From NCBI GenBank assembly GCA_016718315.1, contig JADKDV010000011.1, positions 5,337 through 69,336 on the forward strand: a stretch of 64,000 bases of DNA, in the 5' to 3' direction. The DNA comes from Candidatus Obscuribacter sp. GTDB taxonomy: Bacteria > Cyanobacteriota > Vampirovibrionia > Obscuribacterales > Obscuribacteraceae. Positions 29,189 through 38,810 of the stretch are shown piece by piece. Below the pieces are notes generated by a model. That model worked only from the letters and a program-made list of their open reading frames with translations. It made no database searches and was not told where the DNA came from. Position 1 is the stretch's first letter. The number at the start of each line of letters is the position of its first letter. The position numbers were made by a program, and so were the translations under genes.

Positions 29189-30058
29189 CTAAAGTGGGCG
29201 CATATCTTCTTCGAGTGATTTGATAAAGCTAGTCTCGCGATCTATGCCAGGCTTGTCGCCTTTTAGTTTGTATAGATTTAAGAGTTTATAGTGCACGCCA
29301 TGATTGAGCGTTGATACTTTAGCCGCAGCGTTTAAATCTGCTATTGCCTTGTCGTATTGCTTTAGTGCTTCGTATGCTTCGGCGCGTTTTATGTAGTGGT
29401 CGAGCATTGAGATTGATGTCTTGCCTGTCATAGCAATTAACATAGTTCGCAGTTTTATTGATGTATTCCAGTCTTTATCTGATTCTGCAATAACGGCTCT
29501 CAGACTGAGTGAGCTTGGGTTATTTTGTGTTTGCTTATTGCATTCGTCCAGCTCTTTTATGGCAGCAGACTTTTGCCCAAGTCGATTGAGGATTTCGGCA
29601 TGGGTAGTTCGGTAAAGCCAGTGATTGTTACCACGTTTAACAGCTTCACTAGAGCATTTTAGAGCTTCAGCGAAGTTCTTCCTGTGCATATAAATTTGAG
29701 CTTTCAAATTCAAGGCATCGGCATTGCCTGGTTCGTATTTGATCGCTTCATTTGTGTACTTTAGCGCTTCTGCATCACCATCTTCGGTGACCATTGTGAT
29801 GATAATGGCTTTCATAGACAGGTATCTGGAGTTTTTAGGATCTATAGCCAGTGCTTGATCTATTTCTTTGAGCGCCTGCTGTTTAGTGTCAAAGTTTTCT
29901 TTGTGTGCTTGGGCGCGTTTGTAAAGTGCCTCTGCCTGTGCGTTAGCGGCGCTAACTGAATTGGCTGAAAACAACAGTGGCATCAGCGAAATTGTAGTTA
30001 CTGCAATTTTGAGCCGTTTTAGATACATCGCGCCTGCTATCAAAATAATTCTTGCCAA
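29189..30058 (-). CDS. Secreted TPR-repeat protein
   Basis: A signal peptide is present. Canonical TPR units occur (AL..Y..AI..DP.N..A...). Confidence 0.65.
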   Translation of the reverse strand: MARIILIAGAMYLKRLKIAVTTISLMPLLFSANSVSAANAQAEALYKRAQAHKENFDTKQQALKEIDQALAIDPKNSRYLSMKAIIITMVTEDGDAEALKYTNEAIKYEPGNADALNLKAQIYMHRKNFAEALKCSSEAVKRGNNHWLYRTTHAEILNRLGQKSAAIKELDECNKQTQNNPSSLSLRAVIAESDKDWNTSIKLRTMLIAMTGKTSISMLDHYIKRAEAYEALKQYDKAIADLNAAAKVSTLNHGVHYKLLNLYKLKGDKPGIDRETSFIKSLEEDMRPL

Positions 30059-30176
30059 CTGCCTGTTTTGTTGCCAACTGCCCGTTTTCTTACCAATTGT
30101 CCATCGTCTTGCACCAGGGCATGAATCATAAGCATAGCAAATCCAAAAGCATTGCAGGTAATTGTCGCTAGAGGTA

Positions 30177-31820
30177 TCAGAGACCGAGCTTTTTGGCTTT
30201 TTCTCGCTGCAATACTAATTCGACAATAAGTCCATGTGGTTTGTTGTTAAGCAGTGAGAGTTTGCCTCCGCATGCCTCGACGCACGATTTGACAATGGTC
30301 AAGCCCAGACCAAAGCCACCACTTGCACGGTTGCGACTGGCTTCTGGTCGGTAAAAAGGTTGACCCATATATTTGAGGGCTTCTTCACTGACTCCAGGTC
30401 CGTCGTCAGATATAGACAGAGTGACAGTGTTGCTATTGGCGTCGGTGGTGATTATTGTGCTAATCACGATTTTACCCTCAGGACCAGCATACCGCACACT
30501 GTTGCGCAGCACATTGCCGATTGCTCTATCGAGTAGCAGTTGGTCCGCCATGACATTTACTTCGGCTGGTATGTTGATTGTGACGTTTATGCCGCTGGCA
30601 AATTTGGGCACAAGTGACTCTATGGTTTCTTTGAGATTTATTGACACAAGCTCGCGTGTTTTGGCTTGCATACCAGCTTTTGAATAAGCAATTAACTCGG
30701 TTATGAGTTCGTTTATTTCTTCGACTTCTTCTCTGATGTCGTTGATATGTCCTGATTGGTCTTTGTCTGATGATGACTCAAGCAGCTCTAGCGCCATTTG
30801 CAAGCGAGCAAGCGGGCTAAATAGCTCATGGGAGATATCAGCCAAAAGTCTCTTTTGTTCCTGCACATAGCCTTCTAGATGCTCTGCCATCGTATCCACT
30901 GCTTCTGATAAACGGGCTATCTCGTCGATGCCACCAGTTTTGACGCGGGTGTCAAATTTGCCCTGTGCAATGCTCTCTGTGGCTTTTGTCAGGCGTGTCA
31001 GTGTGCTTGTGATGCGGTAGACAAAAGGCCACCAAAAAAGCAAGCTAAAAATTAGGATAGATGCCAGTAATGTAGATACAAACTGAAAGTCAAATAATAG
31101 ATTGCTCTGCCAGAGGTTATCGCAGGTAGCAACAAGTACTCCTGGCCCAAAGTGCTGCATTTGCGGTGAGTAAACAAAAATATGGGCACCAATCCAAAAT
31201 CTATCTGGGTTATTGGTGTGTATCAAAAAGCGGTGATGTGCTTTGCCAAAAAACTCATCGGGAGGAGCTGGGAAGTGAGGGCCGGAATTGGTATTAAAAG
31301 GGCCTGGTCCTAGAAGCGGACCGGCATTTGGCTCAAAAGCACCTGGACCAAAGTGAGGACCCGGTGCAAAGGCCGGTCCATGACCAAAGGGCTCAGGCGG
31401 TCCATCAAAAAATCGATCTGGCGATCCGCCTGGTCCATGCATGCGCGGACCTGGAGCGCCTGGACCAAACTCTGGTGGCGGTGGTGGTGCTGTCAGCATC
31501 GCCTCTATTTTTGGTGGCAGCTCCACACTTTTGCCTGCAAGCTCATTGCCGTCTCTGTCAAAGATATAAAATTTGACGTGATAGATATCCTCAAATGACT
31601 GCAAGATTTCGGGCCACCTCTTGGGTCTGGATGAGTGCAGCTGACTGCTGATACCGCCAGCGATGCTTTCAAATCTTTCGCCCAGCGGTCCCTTTAGCGC
31701 TGTTTCCCAACCTATACCAAACTGAGCGTTAAAGCAAAGCAGTGTGATGCCCAGGAGTGTGCCCAGGTAGAGCATGAGCATGGCAAGTGTTTGCAGATAT
31801 AGTGGATACCGGACCTTCAT
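30177..31820 (-). CDS. CpxA-like sensor histidine kinase (HAMP-HisKA-HATPase) with a Pro/Gly-rich periplasmic region
   Basis: There are two TM helices. The periplasmic loop contains PPPPPEFGPGAPGPRMHGPGG...GPHFGPGAFEPNAGPLLGPGPF. The H-box is LLADISHELFSPLARL, and N and G boxes are present (GGFGLGLTIVK). Confidence 0.85.
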   Translation of the reverse strand: MKVRYPLYLQTLAMLMLYLGTLLGITLLCFNAQFGIGWETALKGPLGERFESIAGGISSQLHSSRPKRWPEILQSFEDIYHVKFYIFDRDGNELAGKSVELPPKIEAMLTAPPPPPEFGPGAPGPRMHGPGGSPDRFFDGPPEPFGHGPAFAPGPHFGPGAFEPNAGPLLGPGPFNTNSGPHFPAPPDEFFGKAHHRFLIHTNNPDRFWIGAHIFVYSPQMQHFGPGVLVATCDNLWQSNLLFDFQFVSTLLASILIFSLLFWWPFVYRITSTLTRLTKATESIAQGKFDTRVKTGGIDEIARLSEAVDTMAEHLEGYVQEQKRLLADISHELFSPLARLQMALELLESSSDKDQSGHINDIREEVEEINELITELIAYSKAGMQAKTRELVSINLKETIESLVPKFASGINVTINIPAEVNVMADQLLLDRAIGNVLRNSVRYAGPEGKIVISTIITTDANSNTVTLSISDDGPGVSEEALKYMGQPFYRPEASRNRASGGFGLGLTIVKSCVEACGGKLSLLNNKPHGLIVELVLQREKAKKLGL

Positions 31821-32593
31821 GGTGCACCAATAGCAGGCAGTGAGCTGGTGGTGACGCCGGGATCGACCAGGCTGTAGCCGACCGAGCGTACTGTGCGTAT
31901 CAGTCTCGGATTTTTGCTGTCGTCACCCAGCTTTTTGCGCAGTGCAGAGATGTGCACATCAATTGAGCGGTCATAAACATCGTAGTTGCGGTCCCGTATA
32001 GCACTGAGGAGTTGCTCGCGTGTTTTGATACGACCTCTAGCTTGCGCCAGCTCCACCAGCAAATCGTACTCCACTGGTGTCAATACCACTGTCTCGTCGT
32101 TGACTGTAACTGCGCGTGTCAGTAGCTTGATATGCAAAGGTCCGACTGTTATTTCGGTGACAGTACCAGTGGTGCTAATTGTTTGCGCTACCACTGTGCG
32201 TCTCAGTACCGCTCTTAGCCTGGCTAGCAGCTCTCTAGGTGAAAAAGTCTTGGGCAAATAATCATCGGCGCCTAATTCCAGTCCTACTATGCGGTCTGTT
32301 TCATCACCCAATGCTGTGAGCATCAATACTGGCACCTGGCTAATCAGACGTATGCGCTTGAGCACCTCAAATCCGTCAATGCCAGGCAACATGACATCCA
32401 ATATAATGGCGTCCCATTTTTGCTCGGTGGCTACCCTGAGCGCGCCCTCGCCGTCATGCACCGCGGTCACGTCAAAACCGTAGCGTTGTAGATACTCTGT
32501 GATCAGGCGGCAAAACTTGATGTCGTCCTCGACTATCAGTAGTCTCTGGCGAGCACCGCCTGCTGGTTGTGACTGGCTATCTGGCAAGTCCAT
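31817..32593 (-). CDS. OmpR/CpxR-family response regulator
   Basis: The receiver domain has LLIVEDD and ILDVMLPGIDG. The C-terminal winged-helix output domain has RSIDVHISALRKKL...IRTVRSVGY. The gene overlaps the kinase start by 4 nt. Confidence 0.9.
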   Translation of the reverse strand: MDLPDSQSQPAGGARQRLLIVEDDIKFCRLITEYLQRYGFDVTAVHDGEGALRVATEQKWDAIILDVMLPGIDGFEVLKRIRLISQVPVLMLTALGDETDRIVGLELGADDYLPKTFSPRELLARLRAVLRRTVVAQTISTTGTVTEITVGPLHIKLLTRAVTVNDETVVLTPVEYDLLVELAQARGRIKTREQLLSAIRDRNYDVYDRSIDVHISALRKKLGDDSKNPRLIRTVRSVGYSLVDPGVTTSSLPAIGAP

Positions 32594-32634
32594 GGTCCCT
32601 TAGTATTCGGTGACTTTTAGTATAGGGTATCTCC

Positions 32635-32650
32635 GTAAAGGCACCTTTAC
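32635..32650. promoter_or_regulatory. Palindrome GTAAAGG-CA-CCTTTAC in the divergent intergenic region (candidate response-regulator operator)
   Basis: Perfect 7-bp inverted arms with a 2-bp spacer. The GTAAA half-site is the pentamer of the E. coli CpxR box. Confidence 0.35.
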
Positions 32651-32754
32651 AAAACAAACGTCATATTGGCGCTACGCACATAAAAGCTTAACAAGGGTGC
32701 GATTTGATCAAAGCATCGGCGATTGCTGCCGCTCAATTTATGAGGAGTGCGGAG

Positions 32755-33387
32755 ATGTTTATAGGATTACATATTAAACGGGCTGATAGGCGCAAAAGTC
32801 TTGTACCCATATTACTAGGTTGCAGTTTGATCTCCGGTGCATGGGTGTCCAGTCATGCCCAAGCCGGCCCTGGCGGCTTCGGGGAGTGTCCTCCTCCCGG
32901 ACCGGGAGTCCAGGGTATGCCTCTGCCGCCACATGTCGCAGGTGGTCATGGTGGTCCGGGCATGCCGCCGCCCCCGCCAGGCGGTGGTTTTGGTGGACTG
33001 GGTGGACATCCTCCCGGTCCGCCACCCATCGCCATGATGTTGCCTCTTGATGCCGTCGATTTGACTGACGCTCAGGTTGATAAGCTGGCTGCAATCAAAG
33101 AAAGTACGATGGATAAAGTCGAGCCGCTGATGGTGCAGATGCACTCGCTGGAGCGACAATTTCGCAATGGTTTGATGCAACCCGAGCTCGATATTGCGGA
33201 CTTAAATAAAGTACAGAGTCAAATATCTGCTCAAAGAGAAAAAATTGATGCCATTTTTACAGGTAGCACAATTGCTTCTGCGCAAGTCCTGACCGCTGAG
33301 CAAAGGCAATCGATTAAGCAAAAAATGACGCGGCGCCAGGTGCAACCTATGGCATTTGGCAGACGCATGAATGTGGATAAAAAGTAG
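32755..33387 (+). CDS. Spy/CpxP-family periplasmic protein (LTXXQ motifs) with a Pro/Gly-rich N-terminal tract
   Basis: A signal peptide is present. The tract reads GPGGFGECPPPGPG...GGHGGPGMPPPPPGGGFGGLGGHPPGPPP. LTDAQ and LTAEQ motifs are present. ATG 32755 lies 7 nt after AGGAG. Confidence 0.75.
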   Translation: MFIGLHIKRADRRKSLVPILLGCSLISGAWVSSHAQAGPGGFGECPPPGPGVQGMPLPPHVAGGHGGPGMPPPPPGGGFGGLGGHPPGPPPIAMMLPLDAVDLTDAQVDKLAAIKESTMDKVEPLMVQMHSLERQFRNGLMQPELDIADLNKVQSQISAQREKIDAIFTGSTIASAQVLTAEQRQSIKQKMTRRQVQPMAFGRRMNVDKK

Positions 33388-33399
33388 AGAGGTGGATAT

Positions 33400-34731
33400 A
33401 TGGCATTAAAGCAGGCTTTTTCTGCACAGTCTGGTGCGCCAGTAAGGTTGAGACAGATTACAACAACGCCTTCTACAGAGGATTTGCGTTATGTTTTAGC
33501 GACAGCAACACAGCACAAAAAGCCTGCTGAGTTGCCATTTAAAAATCTCTACAATGGTCTCACTTTTATGGTGCGTGTGGTGCCGGCAACCGGTCAGATT
33601 GCTCCGCGCTGGACCTTTGAGCGCTGTGAAGCAAACGGTCCGGTGCACCTCTGGACGCGTGAGACCAATGAAGTAATAATGATCCAGGGCAAGATCAAGA
33701 TTGAAGCCAATTACACTGGTGAAGGTGCTGTGCCTGAGCCTGTTGATCAAAGTCAACAAAGTACAACTGGCTCTCAGCCGATTGTGATGGGCAATCCTGA
33801 GATTAGCGCTTATGACTTGCCCTCAATGGGGGCCAAGCTAGATCAAAGTGCTGGGAGCGGAGCGAGTCCCGCAGTAGGAACAGGGTCTGGAGAAAACTAC
33901 GAGTCTTTTACTGGCTCAGCTGGGGCTATCTTTGAGTCCGGTCCCAGTGGTGTAATGTCAGTTGCTCTATCGGAGCAAAAACATGATCCGGACTCAACTA
34001 TCAGCGGCTCGCACTTGCGTGTAGAGCGCTGGAGTGAAGTAGAAGATTGGAGTGGTGGTTGGGCACCATCGCCGGCCGATGCATCATCATCCGCGGGTGC
34101 ATCATCAGCAGCCGATGCACTCGCGGATGACGATAAAATGACTCAGTCAGGTACTTGTAGCGGTAGTAACTGGCTCTTTACCGAGGGGCACTTGGCTCCT
34201 TGTGCATTGCCACCGCCGGTGGCGCTTAGTGCCGATGTGGTCAAAAACTACCTGGCAGCGCTAACCAATCCGGCTACTGGATTAATCAGACACAGTGCCT
34301 TTGAGTTTTTTCTCTTGAGGGATCTTGGCTATGTCAAAAAGTGTGGCATTGCCGTCTCGCTTTTGATATTTGACTTTGGCTCAGAGTCGCAGTCAAAGCT
34401 GACGGCAGAAGCCCATGCGACTTTGTGTGACATGTTAAAAGACTATGTCTCGCCTATGGAAATCTGTGCTCAGCTAAAGACTGGTGAGTATGCCATTCTT
34501 TTGTGCGGATATGGCTTAAATAGCGCTTGTGAGCTGGCTCAAAGTTTGAGCAGTAAAATCAAAGAGTCTGCCGATCTTTTTGCCAGTTGTGCTGAGCTGC
34601 GAAATCTCGCTATCGGTATTGGTACTGTGCCTGATATGTGCAGTGATGCTGGTACACTTCTGGCGGTCGCTATTGAGGCAAAAAAGCAGGCGAGGAAAGC
34701 TGGCAAGGATTTTATGGTATTTGCGGTTTAG
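33400..34731 (+). CDS. Hypothetical protein with a C-terminal degenerate GGDEF-like domain
   Basis: The C-terminal ~150 aa look like a GGDEF fold (VSLLIFDFG...), but TGEYA stands in place of GG[DE]EF. The centre of the protein is a Ser/Ala/Gly-rich linker. Confidence 0.4.
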   Translation: MALKQAFSAQSGAPVRLRQITTTPSTEDLRYVLATATQHKKPAELPFKNLYNGLTFMVRVVPATGQIAPRWTFERCEANGPVHLWTRETNEVIMIQGKIKIEANYTGEGAVPEPVDQSQQSTTGSQPIVMGNPEISAYDLPSMGAKLDQSAGSGASPAVGTGSGENYESFTGSAGAIFESGPSGVMSVALSEQKHDPDSTISGSHLRVERWSEVEDWSGGWAPSPADASSSAGASSAADALADDDKMTQSGTCSGSNWLFTEGHLAPCALPPPVALSADVVKNYLAALTNPATGLIRHSAFEFFLLRDLGYVKKCGIAVSLLIFDFGSESQSKLTAEAHATLCDMLKDYVSPMEICAQLKTGEYAILLCGYGLNSACELAQSLSSKIKESADLFASCAELRNLAIGIGTVPDMCSDAGTLLAVAIEAKKQARKAGKDFMVFAV

Positions 34732-34767
34732 GCGACACAAATGTGATTTGTCTGGTAATAATAGAGT

Positions 34768-35355
34768 ATGCCCCGGTTTACAGCGGCCACTGCTTTGGCA
34801 CTAATGTATCCACGGTGGTTGCTACGTCAAAGGGTTATCAAAGGCAAATTGAAGAAAACAGTCTTGATAACGGCAGCGACACTCAGCGGCTTTTTGGTCG
34901 GTGGCGGTTGGCACTGGTTTGTGGATGATGGTTTTATAAACAAGATTATTTACCGTACTGGTTACCCGGTTTGTGATGTTGATACCTGGCAGATGTTGTT
35001 TTTTGCCTGCGGTCCAGCCTTATCGCTTGTTTGCTTGACCTGGTCTGTTGGCGTTTGTGTTCTACCAATGGTCAAAGATCCAGGTGTTCGCGGACCGTTA
35101 AAACTGAGTTTATTTGGACTGTCATCTGCAATTGTTGGCACCACAGCATTGGTCTTGACTCGTGGGCTGGGAAGTCAATTCCATTTTGCGTCATGCTTTG
35201 GCATGGTGCTCGCCTGCATCATGGCGACACTTTCGGTGCTGAGCGTTTTGACGATTATTTCGGGAGCCGGTGTGGTCTCAATAGGTTTTTGCTGGTATTT
35301 AGCTGAGCTTATATCTGGCTGCAAAAAGCCAGCCCGCTTACCCTGGATCCCGTAG
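34768..35355 (+). CDS. Integral membrane hypothetical protein
   Basis: Four to five hydrophobic helices. Confidence 0.5.
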   Translation: MPRFTAATALALMYPRWLLRQRVIKGKLKKTVLITAATLSGFLVGGGWHWFVDDGFINKIIYRTGYPVCDVDTWQMLFFACGPALSLVCLTWSVGVCVLPMVKDPGVRGPLKLSLFGLSSAIVGTTALVLTRGLGSQFHFASCFGMVLACIMATLSVLSVLTIISGAGVVSIGFCWYLAELISGCKKPARLPWIP

Positions 35356-36351
35356 GACTGCCGCTGCTGCTGTGATGCCACTCAAGTAGGCACTCTCTAC
35401 TCTGGCGCCCTGACACCAGTCGCCGCAATACACCAGCGCCAGATCTGGCTCTGTGATGCAGCCATCGGCAAGAGGAGTCACAGGTAGTGCGTATTTCCAT
35501 TTGTGCAATTTGCTGTAGCAAGTATCTGCTAGTGTGATATCAAATACAGTGCTAAAGCGCTCTAGCATTGCTTTTGTGATGGTCGATGAGTCCGTCAACC
35601 ACTGCGCATTGGACCAATCTGGTGAGGCGTGGAGCATCCACCGCTCTCCATCTGGTCTGCCTGGTTTGCTGCTGTCCCGCGCTACCCATGAGAGTATTTG
35701 ATCATCTAGATTGATGCCATCAAAAGGTATATCGAGGACTTTGTCAAAGCTTACCGACAGAGCAAAGCAGGGCTGTAAATAGCGCTCTGGTAGTTGTGGA
35801 TGGGGATAGAGATCCATTGCTTGAGCTGGTGGCATATTTAGTATCAGGTGATCGTAGCCGCTGCTATTAAAGTCCTGCGGCTCATCTTGTGAGGTAAGCG
35901 TCCCGTTAATCGACCATTTTGCGCCTTTGCGTGCGACTTTGAGTACGCGGTGCGCTAGCTTGATTGTGAGACTACCAGTAGTGCCATCGGCTCTGGTGTC
36001 TAGCATGGCATCTGCGAGACTGCGCATCACAGGCACACCGACATATCTGGAGTGAGTCGATGTGTCAGGCATCATCTGTCCGTTTTGCCGCCGGGCAAAG
36101 CGTCCAGACCAGCGCGCCACTTTGCCAGAGTCAATGAGCGGTGCTAAAAACTGGATAAATCTCTCGTCCCGCGCGGTGAAGTATTGCGCCCCGTAGTCAA
36201 AGACCTGCTCATCTCGATCTCGCGATGCCAGTCTGCCACCGTGATGGCGACCTTTGTCATAGATAGTGACGTCGACTCCGGCATCGACCAGAGTTATAGC
36301 GCATGATAGTCCGGCCAGTCCAGCTCCGACAATTGCTACTTGCTGGGGCAT
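35338..36351 (-). CDS. NAD(P)/FAD-dependent oxidoreductase (renalase-like, COG3380-type)
   Basis: The N-terminal Rossmann motif VAIVGAGLAGLSCA is present and the overall length fits the family. Confidence 0.6.
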   Translation of the reverse strand: MPQQVAIVGAGLAGLSCAITLVDAGVDVTIYDKGRHHGGRLASRDRDEQVFDYGAQYFTARDERFIQFLAPLIDSGKVARWSGRFARRQNGQMMPDTSTHSRYVGVPVMRSLADAMLDTRADGTTGSLTIKLAHRVLKVARKGAKWSINGTLTSQDEPQDFNSSGYDHLILNMPPAQAMDLYPHPQLPERYLQPCFALSVSFDKVLDIPFDGINLDDQILSWVARDSSKPGRPDGERWMLHASPDWSNAQWLTDSSTITKAMLERFSTVFDITLADTCYSKLHKWKYALPVTPLADGCITEPDLALVYCGDWCQGARVESAYLSGITAAAAVLRDPG

Positions 36352-37149
36352 CTAGTGCGCTCCTGCGCTGGCTGCCGGTCTTTGTACTCGGGCTGTGCGT
36401 ACTGACGCTATGCCACCATCTACGGAGATACTTTGCCCTGTCACCCAGCTGCTGCCCTGCCCAATGAGCCATTCCATGACTGTTGATACATCGCTGGCTT
36501 CGCCTACTCGACTGATAGGGTGCATATCTAGCGAGGCTTGCAGTTGAGTCTCATTGGAGGTGATTGCTTTTGTCATTTTTGTCCTGAGCAGTCCGGGAGC
36601 TACACAGTTTACTCTTATCTGGTGTCTAGAGTACGTCGCTGCCGCCGAGCGCACCAGTCCCTCTACGCCGGCTTTAGCTGCGGCGATGGCTTCGTGATTG
36701 GTGAGACCGACTTTGGCTGCGCAAGAGGAGACTAACACTATCGAGCCTCCTTTGCCCATCATCGCCTTAGCTGCATGTTTTACTGTGGCAAAGGCAGAGG
36801 TCAGATTGGTGGCAATGACATTGTTCCATTCTTCTTCTGTGGTCAGGTGGGCCGGTTTTAGCAAAACCGAGCCGACACAGTTGGCGACACCATCGAGACG
36901 TCCATGTATCACCAGCGCTGACTCTATGCAGTCTCTCATCTGGCTCATGCTGGTGGCGTCACATAGTACATAGTCGCCCTCTAGTTCCTGGGCCATAGCG
37001 GCCAGCACTGCTTCGTCTCTGCCTGCCAGGATGAGCTTGGCTCCAGTCTGGTGCAGGCGCCTGGCGAGATCGCTGCCGACTCCGCCTGTAGCGCCGATTA
37101 TCAGGTGCACCGGAGCGCTGTGCGGCTTAACTGTGGCGTTTTCGTCCAT
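36352..37149 (-). CDS. Short-chain dehydrogenase/reductase (SDR)
   Basis: IIGATGGVGSDLARRL is a TGxxxGxG-type motif. The SDR core is present (NCVG, VSS...A.AAAKAGVEGL). The stop abuts the downstream gene start. Confidence 0.8.
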   Translation of the reverse strand: MDENATVKPHSAPVHLIIGATGGVGSDLARRLHQTGAKLILAGRDEAVLAAMAQELEGDYVLCDATSMSQMRDCIESALVIHGRLDGVANCVGSVLLKPAHLTTEEEWNNVIATNLTSAFATVKHAAKAMMGKGGSIVLVSSCAAKVGLTNHEAIAAAKAGVEGLVRSAAATYSRHQIRVNCVAPGLLRTKMTKAITSNETQLQASLDMHPISRVGEASDVSTVMEWLIGQGSSWVTGQSISVDGGIASVRTARVQRPAASAGAH

Positions 37150-37308
37150 TCTGACCTCTATCTGATTCGTGACCGGACTGTGCTAACACAGCCCACAATG
37201 TACGTTACAGGTCAGCTGTGAACTGTCAGTGAACTATTGGTGAGCTATGAGGTCTGGCAATTGATAAAGCTTCCAGTACTGGATACTGGCGCTAAAGCAT
37301 CTTTGTAT

Positions 37309-37989
37309 CTACTTCTTTATTTTTGCCAAAATTGCTTTTGCTTTTGCGTTCATTTTTTCGGCTGCGGCTTTGTCGCCGTTGCGTTCAAGATAAGCTGCAT
37401 AATCTGATATGTCGGCCGCCAGTAGCTCGTCTGGCGGTAGCTTTTCAACGAGTTCCATGCTGCGTTTAAAGCTTTCTTCAGCTCCGGATTTTTTTAATGC
37501 GCCCAGGCACGTGCCTCGGAAGCAATACCAGTGTGCCAATTCTGTTTGAGCTTCTTGCTTGTCTTGACCAGCAGCTATGGCTCGGTCATAGGCGACTATA
37601 GCATCGGCTGCTTTACCTTCAAACATGTAAATGCTTCCCAGGAAGCCGGCACTCAGAGCCACATCCAAGCTCTTTGGACCTTTGCATGCAGCATATCCAT
37701 CTGTTGCCTGGACAAACATCTCTTCTGCTTCTTTGAATTTGCGCAGACGCTTGAACTGGCGACCCAGACACTCCTTTGCCACCATCATTTCATAGCTTTT
37801 GGGTTGGCTTGCTCTGTCATCGACTGCTGCTTGATACAATTTGGCAGCTTCAGCATAGTTACCAGTTTTTGACGCTTCCTGACCCGCTAGCATGTGCGTG
37901 AGATATTCATCTTGGGCTGCATAAACTTGAGTATTAGCAAGCACTGTGAGAAGCGCTGCTAGCAAGACGGATTTTGTTTTGATTTTCAT
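37309..37989 (-). CDS. Secreted TPR protein (paralog 1 of a tandem pair)
   Basis: A signal peptide is present, with TPR units and a Lys-rich tail. It is colinear with 38036-38725. Confidence 0.65.
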   Translation of the reverse strand: MKIKTKSVLLAALLTVLANTQVYAAQDEYLTHMLAGQEASKTGNYAEAAKLYQAAVDDRASQPKSYEMMVAKECLGRQFKRLRKFKEAEEMFVQATDGYAACKGPKSLDVALSAGFLGSIYMFEGKAADAIVAYDRAIAAGQDKQEAQTELAHWYCFRGTCLGALKKSGAEESFKRSMELVEKLPPDELLAADISDYAAYLERNGDKAAAEKMNAKAKAILAKIKK

Positions 37990-38035
37990 TCAGGTCTTAT
38001 ATAGCCTTGGGTTTGCTGTACTTTCCAGGTTTTGT

Positions 38036-38725
38036 TTATTTCTTTTCCATTTGCTCTTTTATTGCTTTGATTCGAGCCCTAATGGTTTCAGCTTGTTTTG
38101 TCTTTTTGCGATGGTCAAGATAATCTGCGTAATTTTGGTAGTCGGCAATTGTGAGGTCGTCCTTTGGTAGTTTTTCGCTCATGGCTACACCCTTATTGAA
38201 ATAAGTTTCAGCCTCATCAAAGTTGCCCATGCCTTCAAGGCAGCTAGCAATGCCAAAAATCCTGTGCGTTACAAAATCAGCTTCTAGATCTGTCCTAGTC
38301 TCTGCAATGGCAACAACCCTTTTATACAAAGGGAGAGCCTCTACGTAGCGCTCCTGTGCCATACATAGACGTGCCAGATATAGACATGCATAGAGGCAAT
38401 CTTTGGAGTTGGGTCCTTCTTTTTCTTCGTATATTTTGAGAGCGTGTTTGAGCATTTCTTCTGCTTCGTTATCCCGTTTCAAATAACGCATTGATTGTCC
38501 AATGGACTCCATCACGCGCGCTGCTTTGACGCTCTCTGGAGTGGTTGACAGTTCTTTGAGAGCAATCTCGTAGTCTTTGAGGGCGTCTTCATAGCGGTGT
38601 GCGGCGTAGGCTGCGTCAGCGCTCTCCATACTTTTGTCGTAAACGCTCTTCTCTGCAAAAGCAGGTGCATTATAAGATGCCAGTAGTGCCAATAAAAGAC
38701 AGACCAGGCGTGATTTGACAGCCAT
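38036..38725 (-). CDS. Secreted TPR protein (paralog 2 of a tandem pair)
   Basis: Same architecture and length as 37309-37989 (EAEEM, DY..YL...K motifs). Confidence 0.65.
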   Translation of the reverse strand: MAVKSRLVCLLLALLASYNAPAFAEKSVYDKSMESADAAYAAHRYEDALKDYEIALKELSTTPESVKAARVMESIGQSMRYLKRDNEAEEMLKHALKIYEEKEGPNSKDCLYACLYLARLCMAQERYVEALPLYKRVVAIAETRTDLEADFVTHRIFGIASCLEGMGNFDEAETYFNKGVAMSEKLPKDDLTIADYQNYADYLDHRKKTKQAETIRARIKAIKEQMEKK

Positions 38726-38810
38726 TAGATTGACTCCGTGATGCTTTGATATGTGGATTGCAGGGATGCCTGGACAATGAAAAGCAATTTTAGCAGTGAC
38801 AGTGCAATAA

